Shown here one piece after another: positions 56,685-64,000 of a stretch of 64,000 bases of DNA; the first letter of the stretch is position 1; every line of letters begins with the position of its first letter. The notes beneath the pieces were generated by a model that worked only from the letters and a program-made list of their open reading frames with translations, did no database searches and was not told the DNA's origin. Source of the DNA: Myxococcota bacterium (GTDB lineage Bacteria > Myxococcota_A > UBA9160 > PR03); NCBI GenBank assembly GCA_041611735.1, contig JBFIML010000002.1, forward strand, positions 32,001 through 96,000, in the 5' to 3' direction. Made by a program: the position numbers and the translations under genes.

Positions 56685-57812
56685 CTAGCCGGCCGAGGCC
56701 ATCTCCTTGAAGGCCCGACCGATCTTCTTGCGGCCGCGATTGATCTCCCGGAGCTCGGCCATGGCCGCGTCGGCGATGTCCTCGCCGGCGACCCACTCGC
56801 CCTCGCGCGCGAGCTCGCCCATGTCCACCCAGGCGGCGTAGAGGGGACGGGTCCGCTCGGTGATGATGCCGGCGTTGGCCAGCGTCTTGATCAGCACCCG
56901 GAAGATGTTGGTACTCTGCCGCATGAGCCGGCGGCGATCCTCGTCGGTGAAGGCCTCCTGGACCGCGCTCCGCACCCACTGCCAGTCGAGCCCGAACTGC
57001 GGGTAGAGTGCCTGCTTCTGTTCCGCGTTGACGAGGTTGTTGAAGACCCGGTGGAAGCAGTGGGCCGCCCAGTCCTCGACCTTCACGTGCTCCTCTTCGG
57101 TCAGCTTGGGAACGGTGCGGTTGGCCCAGATGCGCCCGAAGCGGTGGTGGAAGGCCTCATCGGTCATGACGAGCTGCACCACGCGGCGCAACAGCGGGTC
57201 GTTGGTCCGGGAGTGGAGGGTGGCGAAGGCGCCCATGGCGAGCCCCTCGATGAGCATCTGCATGCCCACCAGCTTCTTGTACACCTGCGGAGCCTCCACG
57301 ATCTCGACCATGAGCTCCCGCAGCGTCCGGCCCGCCTCGATCGGGGTGCCCCAGCGGGCCTGGATGTAGCGCGAGAAGGCGGTCACGTGGCGCGCCTCCT
57401 CCCGCACCTGGTTGGCGGCGTACTCCTGGGCGCCCGGGTCGTAGAGCACGTCGCACAGGCTCGCCGAGAGCGAGAGCGCGCCCTGCTCTCCGTGCAGGAT
57501 CTGGGAGAGGTTGAAGCGCGTCACCTCGTTGGCGAGACGGATCTTCTGGCCCTCGTCGAGGCGATCCGCCACCGCGCAGTTGAGCTCCACCACGAAGTCG
57601 CGCGGCATCAAGGTCTCGTTGGCGACGTCGAAGGGCTGCTGGAAGTCCACGTAGCTCGGGTCGTTCGGATCCCAGAAGTGGTCCACGGTGGCCGAGATGA
57701 TCTCGTCGAAGGCGCCCGTACGCCGCGCGTAGCGCTCCACCTCGATCATCGAGGCGAAATCGTCGGGAGCGACGGTGTCGTAGATCGGATCGTGGGTGAT
57801 GTGATCAGCCAT
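56685..57812 (-). CDS. Ferritin-like diiron protein
   Basis: LHGEQGAL, EEARH, IEGLAM, DEAFHH. Confidence 0.82.
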   Translation of the reverse strand: MADHITHDPIYDTVAPDDFASMIEVERYARRTGAFDEIISATVDHFWDPNDPSYVDFQQPFDVANETLMPRDFVVELNCAVADRLDEGQKIRLANEVTRFNLSQILHGEQGALSLSASLCDVLYDPGAQEYAANQVREEARHVTAFSRYIQARWGTPIEAGRTLRELMVEIVEAPQVYKKLVGMQMLIEGLAMGAFATLHSRTNDPLLRRVVQLVMTDEAFHHRFGRIWANRTVPKLTEEEHVKVEDWAAHCFHRVFNNLVNAEQKQALYPQFGLDWQWVRSAVQEAFTDEDRRRLMRQSTNIFRVLIKTLANAGIITERTRPLYAAWVDMGELAREGEWVAGEDIADAAMAELREINRGRKKIGRAFKEMASAG

Positions 57813-57838
57813 GGCTCTCGCGTCTCCTCCTGACGGCT

Positions 57839-58447
57839 TCAGGCCGCGGCCAGCGGATGCAGCCGCACCAGGGTGTCTACCACCGCCTCGCGGGGGGCGC
57901 GGGTGGGATCCTCCACCCACCACGCCACCACGCGGGTCCACATGGCCACCAGCGCCCGGGCGGCCACGGCCGGGTCGAGACCCGGCGCCAGCGCCCCCGC
58001 CTCGAGCCGCTCGCGCAGGCGGGCTTCGACCCCCGGCAGCAGCTCGTCCACCACCGCCTCGCCGAGATCGGGAGCCTCCGGGCCGCGCCCGAACAGGACC
58101 TGCACGAGGCTGCGGTTCTCCTCGGCGAAGGCCACCAGCTCGGCGGTCGACGCGTGCAGGACAGCGGCCGGATCGGCGCCGGCCGCGCGCCGGGCCCGCT
58201 CCATGCGAGCACGCAGGCGTCCCAGGGCATCGAAGACGATCTCCCGGAACAGCTCGCGCTTGTCCCGGAAGTGGAGGTAGTAGGTTCCCGCGGCGACCCC
58301 GGCGCGACGGGCGATCTGCACGGTGGTGGTGCGGTGCAGGCCCTGGCGGGCGAACAGCTCGGTGCCCGCATCGACCAGACGCCTGCGCGTCTCGAGGCGG
58401 CTGCGACCGGGGGCGGTGGCGGGGTCGCGGGGGAGGGTGATTCTCAT
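57839..58447 (-). CDS. TetR/AcrR family regulator
   Basis: RRRLVDAGTELFARQG...QIARRAGVAAGTYYLHFRDK. Confidence 0.92.
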   Translation of the reverse strand: MRITLPRDPATAPGRSRLETRRRLVDAGTELFARQGLHRTTTVQIARRAGVAAGTYYLHFRDKRELFREIVFDALGRLRARMERARRAAGADPAAVLHASTAELVAFAEENRSLVQVLFGRGPEAPDLGEAVVDELLPGVEARLRERLEAGALAPGLDPAVAARALVAMWTRVVAWWVEDPTRAPREAVVDTLVRLHPLAAA

Positions 58448-58451
58448 TTCA

Positions 58452-58475
58452 TGGACTGAAGCGGATTTCAGTCCA
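58452..58475. promoter_or_regulatory. 9-6-9 inverted repeat, likely TetR operator
   Basis: TGGACTGAA-GCGGAT-TTCAGTCCA immediately upstream of the tetR start. Confidence 0.65.
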
Positions 58476-58528
58476 CGCAGGGTAGACGCCTCCCAGCCGG
58501 GTCGTCAAACGGAAGACAGCCGGGGACC

Positions 58529-59035
58529 TCAGCTCCCTGCGGGGGCGGATGCCTCCACGGGGATCTCCAGGGCCGGAGGGGCCAGCGCCCGGGACGCGAT
58601 TCGCAGCGCCGCGGCGAGTCGCGGCACGTCCACGCCCAGCAGGCGGGGAGGCAGGCCGGCCAGGCTCGCCGCGGCACGCAGCGCCAGGCGTCGGGACGCC
58701 GCCCCGTGACCGCAGGCGCGCTGGAGCTCCGCGGCGGCAGCCAGCACCAGGGCCTTCATCAGACGGCCCTCGGCGGAGCTGCGGCCGAAGGCGAACCACA
58801 GCCCCTCCAGGAGCTCGTGACTCTCCCACCAGTAGCCGGCGTGGAACAGGTCGAGGGCGTAGAGGTAGTCACTGCTGGTGCGCCAGGACTCCGGCGCGAA
58901 GGCCGCGGGCACGGGCTCCGCGCTGCCGTAGGAGTGACCGTCGGGGCTGCGGCGGGGGTGCGGGTGGCGGCCGGGCCGATAGGCGTAGGCCGGGAAGGGA
59001 CATCTCGTCCAGCGGCGCGCCAGCCGGGTGGACAC
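58529..59035 (-). CDS. DUF309 domain protein
   Basis: LFHAGYWWESHELLEGLW; N-terminal YAYRPGRHPHP. Confidence 0.78.
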   Translation of the reverse strand: MSTRLARRWTRCPFPAYAYRPGRHPHPRRSPDGHSYGSAEPVPAAFAPESWRTSSDYLYALDLFHAGYWWESHELLEGLWFAFGRSSAEGRLMKALVLAAAAELQRACGHGAASRRLALRAAASLAGLPPRLLGVDVPRLAAALRIASRALAPPALEIPVEASAPAGS

Positions 59036-59050
59036 GCCGGTCCGTCGGGG

Positions 59051-59857
59051 TCAGACCAGACCGCGCCGCGCGATCAGCTCGCTGATGCGGCGGGTGAGGG
59101 CGCGGGGGACCGAGCGCGTGAAGGCGGCCAGGGCACGGTTGCCCAGCCCCGGGATGCAGATCACGTCGCCCCGGCGCAGGGCCGCCAGCGACGCCTCCAC
59201 CACCGGCGCCGGCTCCATCCAGGCGAAGGAGGGAATCCGGCTCGCATCGACGCCGGCCCGCTCCTGGAACTCCGTGCGGGTGAAGCCCGGGCAGAGCGCC
59301 TGGACGCGCACGCCGCTGCCGCGCAGCTCCTCGTGGAGGGCCTCGGTCAGGGAGTTCACGAAGGACTTGGTGGCCCCGTAGGTGGCGTTGTACGGGCTGG
59401 GCTGGAAGGCGGCCAGGGAGGAGACGTTGATGACGGACCCGTGGCCGCGCTCGACGAAGCCGTCCAGGGCTGCGCGGGTGAGCCGCAGCAGGGCGATCAC
59501 GTTCAGCCGGACCTCTTCCTCTTCGCGATCCGGGTCGAGCTCCGCAAAGCGCCCGAGCGTGCCGAACCCGGCGTTGTTCACCAGCAGGTCGAGGGTGCGT
59601 TCGGAGGCGATGCGCTCCTCGACGCGGCGCAGGTCCTCGGTCCGCGTCAAGTCCGCGGCGAGCACCGTCACGTCGTGGCCATGGGCCTCGCGCAGCCGCT
59701 TGGCCAGCGCCTCCAGCCGCTCGCGGTTGCGGGCCACCAGGACGAGGTCGTAGAGGTCCCGGGCCAGGCGCTCGGCGAAGGCCTGGCCCAGGCCCGCCGA
59801 GGCGCCCGTCACGAGCGCCGTGCGGCGCGGGCCCGGATGTTCGTGGGCTGCCGACAT
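59051..59857 (-). CDS. SDR family oxidoreductase
   Basis: TGASAGLG, NNAGFG, NVSS, YGATK, CPGFTRTEF. Confidence 0.92.
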   Translation of the reverse strand: MSAAHEHPGPRRTALVTGASAGLGQAFAERLARDLYDLVLVARNRERLEALAKRLREAHGHDVTVLAADLTRTEDLRRVEERIASERTLDLLVNNAGFGTLGRFAELDPDREEEEVRLNVIALLRLTRAALDGFVERGHGSVINVSSLAAFQPSPYNATYGATKSFVNSLTEALHEELRGSGVRVQALCPGFTRTEFQERAGVDASRIPSFAWMEPAPVVEASLAALRRGDVICIPGLGNRALAAFTRSVPRALTRRISELIARRGLV

Positions 59858-59932
59858 GACGGAACCTCCCCGGGCCGACGACGTGGGACGCGCCGCGGCG
59901 TCGAGAGAGCATGACACCCGGGCGGGGTTGCG

Positions 59933-60310
59933 TCAGCTCTCCTCCACCAGCTCCAGCACCCGCTCCGGCGGGCGCCCCACCACGGCCCGCCGGCCCCGCA
60001 CCAGGATCGGCCGTTCCATCAGGATGGGATGGCGGGCCATGGCCTCGAGCAGCGCGTCCGGCGGCGAATCGACCGAGAGGCCCGCCTCCCGGAAGGCCCC
60101 CTCCCCCCGCCGCACCCAGTCTCCCGGCGGACGGCCCAGCCGCCGCCCGAGCTCCTGGAGCTCCGGCCGCGAGAGCGGCTCCTCCAGGTAGCGTCGCTCG
60201 GCGAAACGCACGCCTCGCTCCTGCAGCACGGCCCGCGCCGCCCGGCTCTTGGAGCAGCGGGGATTGTGAAGCAGGACGAGCTCCTGCTCGGATCGGGGCA
60301 GGCCGGGCAC
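59933..60310 (-). CDS. ArsC/Spx family glutaredoxin-type arsenate reductase
   Basis: HNPRCSKSR, HPILMERPI, GRPPE. Confidence 0.88.
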   Translation of the reverse strand: MPGLPRSEQELVLLHNPRCSKSRAARAVLQERGVRFAERRYLEEPLSRPELQELGRRLGRPPGDWVRRGEGAFREAGLSVDSPPDALLEAMARHPILMERPILVRGRRAVVGRPPERVLELVEES

Positions 60311-60376
60311 CGTGGAGTCCTCTTCACCTATGCTACCCGACACGAAGGCGGGCGCGGACGCCTGCCGGGGGCCTGC

Positions 60377-60934
60377 ATGAGCTTCCTGCTTCGCTACCTG
60401 GGACTCGGCGACGAGAGGGCCCGCGCGGGCTCCGGCTCCGGCGCCGAGACCGCGACCGTGCGGGCGATCGCGGCGCGCCTCGAGCGCCTGCCGCCGGAGA
60501 CGGCGCGGCACCTGGCCGCCTTCGCGTACGTGCTGGCGCGCGTGGCCCACGCGGACCTCCGGATCACCGAGGTGGAGACGCGCGCCATGGAGCGCATCGT
60601 GGCGGAGCGGGCCGGCCTGCCTCCCGAGGAGGCCGCGCTGGCGGTGGAGATCGCCAAGTCCCAGGCGCGTCTGCTGGGCGGCACCGAGAACTACGTGGTG
60701 ACCCGGGAGTTCCGCCGCATCTCCGAGCGGGCCGAGCGGGCCCGTCTGCTCGAGTGCCTGTACGCGGTGGCCGCCGCGGACGGGACGATCTCCGCGGCCG
60801 AGAGCCGCGAGATCGCCCAGGTCGCCGACGAGCTGGGCTTCACCCGGGCCGAGGTGAATGCGCTGCGGGCCGCGCACCGGGACCAGCTCTCGGAGCTTCG
60901 TGACCTGCCCGGGGGTCCCGACCCCCCCGCTTGA
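60377..60934 (+). CDS. TerB family protein
   Basis: RVAHADLRITEVE, AVAAADGTISAAE..I..ELG. Confidence 0.82.
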   Translation: MSFLLRYLGLGDERARAGSGSGAETATVRAIAARLERLPPETARHLAAFAYVLARVAHADLRITEVETRAMERIVAERAGLPPEEAALAVEIAKSQARLLGGTENYVVTREFRRISERAERARLLECLYAVAAADGTISAAESREIAQVADELGFTRAEVNALRAAHRDQLSELRDLPGGPDPPA

Positions 60935-61052
60935 CGGAAGGGCGGAGCGCACGCAGATTCCGGCGGCGGATCTGCCGGTCCCGCTGCGCTCGGTCCGCCA
61001 GGAGCCGGGGCGGCGGCGAGACGGAGCGGCCGGGAGGGAGGAACCAGATTCC

Positions 61053-61277
61053 ATGGCAGCACGAACCAAGAAGCGGGCGAAGAAGGCGGCGCGCAAGGCG
61101 CGGGCGGCCTCCTCGGCGCGGCGCGGCGCGGCCCGGCCGCGTGCCCGCGCAGCCAAGAAGAACCCGGCGCGCGGCAAGAAGGCGACCCGGACGGACACGG
61201 CTCCCGAGCGGGCCGGCGTGGTCTACACCGACGTCCTGCACCAGATGCGTTCGCGGCTGCTGGGCCGCCTCCAGTGA
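61053..61277 (+). CDS. Small Lys/Arg/Ala-rich basic protein
   Basis: GGAGG RBS; MAARTKKRAKKAARKARAASS...GVVYTDVLHQMRSRLLGRLQ. Confidence 0.6.
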   Translation: MAARTKKRAKKAARKARAASSARRGAARPRARAAKKNPARGKKATRTDTAPERAGVVYTDVLHQMRSRLLGRLQ

Positions 61278-61301
61278 GGACGGCGGCCCGCCGTGACCGG
61301 C

Positions 61302-61991
61302 TCAGCTGCGCACGAGCAGCAGGGTGTTCGGATCCAGGGAGACGTGCAGCTCGCTCACGTCGGGGTTGTCGTGGTCCTTCAGGGCGCGTAGGCCCACCAC
61401 GCCCTCCCCGGGCTCGAGAGCGAGGATCACGCCGAACACGGACTCGAGATCCCGGAGCGCAGCGGGAAGCGTGCCGATCTGCTCCTCCGGAGCATGCGCG
61501 GAGACCCAGAGCTCCACGTCCGCTTCCTCGGCGATGCGCTTCCAGGCCGCCAGCTCATCTCGCGAGGCGCTCGCCACGTCGAAGCCCTCCACCACCACCA
61601 GCGCGGGCTTCCCGCCCGCCTCGGTCTCGAGCTGGATGGCCTCGCGCAGCCGCTTGGCGTCGAACGCGGTGGGGGGGTAGGCGCGGATGCGGCGCAGGCG
61701 ATCCACCTGCGCATGCACTCGTGCCAGGTTCTCCAGGTGCGTGCTCGACGCGAGGTCGTCGAAGACGGTGTCGTAGTAGGCGCGCACGTGGGACACGGTG
61801 TGGTCCAGGCTCACGTGCAGCACGGTCTGGCCCCGCAGCAGGTCGTCGAGTGCGAGCCCGATCAGGAACGAGGTCTTCCCCACGCCGGGCCCCGCCAGCA
61901 CCAGCCCGAGGTTGCCACGCCCGAGGCCGCCGTGGAGTCCCTTCTCCAGCAGCCGCAGCGGACTGCGGGCGTTCAGGAAGCGGCTGTCCAT
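61302..61991 (-). CDS. RecA/KaiC/DnaB-like P-loop ATPase (stand-alone)
   Basis: GGLGRGNLGLVLAGPGVGKTS, LHVSL, LVVVEG. Confidence 0.78.
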   Translation of the reverse strand: MDSRFLNARSPLRLLEKGLHGGLGRGNLGLVLAGPGVGKTSFLIGLALDDLLRGQTVLHVSLDHTVSHVRAYYDTVFDDLASSTHLENLARVHAQVDRLRRIRAYPPTAFDAKRLREAIQLETEAGGKPALVVVEGFDVASASRDELAAWKRIAEEADVELWVSAHAPEEQIGTLPAALRDLESVFGVILALEPGEGVVGLRALKDHDNPDVSELHVSLDPNTLLLVRS

Positions 61992-62013
61992 CGGGGGCCT
62001 CCGGGCTGCGGAC

Positions 62014-64000
<1,987 letters not shown>

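Overview
A very GC-rich, gene-dense bacterial chromosomal segment with about 65 CDS. I found no rRNA, tRNA, CRISPR array, transposase or phage genes. The gene content (PEP-CTERM proteins, spirochete/deltaproteobacterial-type EF-G, myxobacterial-style acyltransferase/SDR pairs) suggests a Myxococcota/deltaproteobacterial lineage; this is inference. Left third: an ethylmalonyl-CoA (EMC) pathway neighbourhood with ccr, a divergent SucCD-family acyl-CoA ligase + ferredoxin + Chloroflexus-type malyl-CoA lyase, ecm/meaA-meaB and a PduO-type adenosyltransferase. It is interrupted by nadA and a sigma54-type PEP-CTERM / dockerin-metalloprotease / cohesin cassette. Middle and right: lipid and redox genes (two acyltransferase+SDR modules, one led by an orphan ParA; etfBA; efp; patatin; a WYL regulator; two TetR-ferritin-like diiron units with palindromic operators; an M16 pair; ArnT/GT2; gltA; an ABC exporter; MFE-2-like split beta-oxidation genes; partial fusA). 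Most notable: (1) one ORF fusing heme A synthase (CtaA/Cox15) to a type II NADH dehydrogenase, (2) a coupled dockerin-protease + cohesin gene pair outside any cellulosome, (3) a citryl-CoA-synthetase-like ligase paired with malyl-CoA lyase beside the EMC genes. All family assignments come from motif recognition by eye, not database searches.
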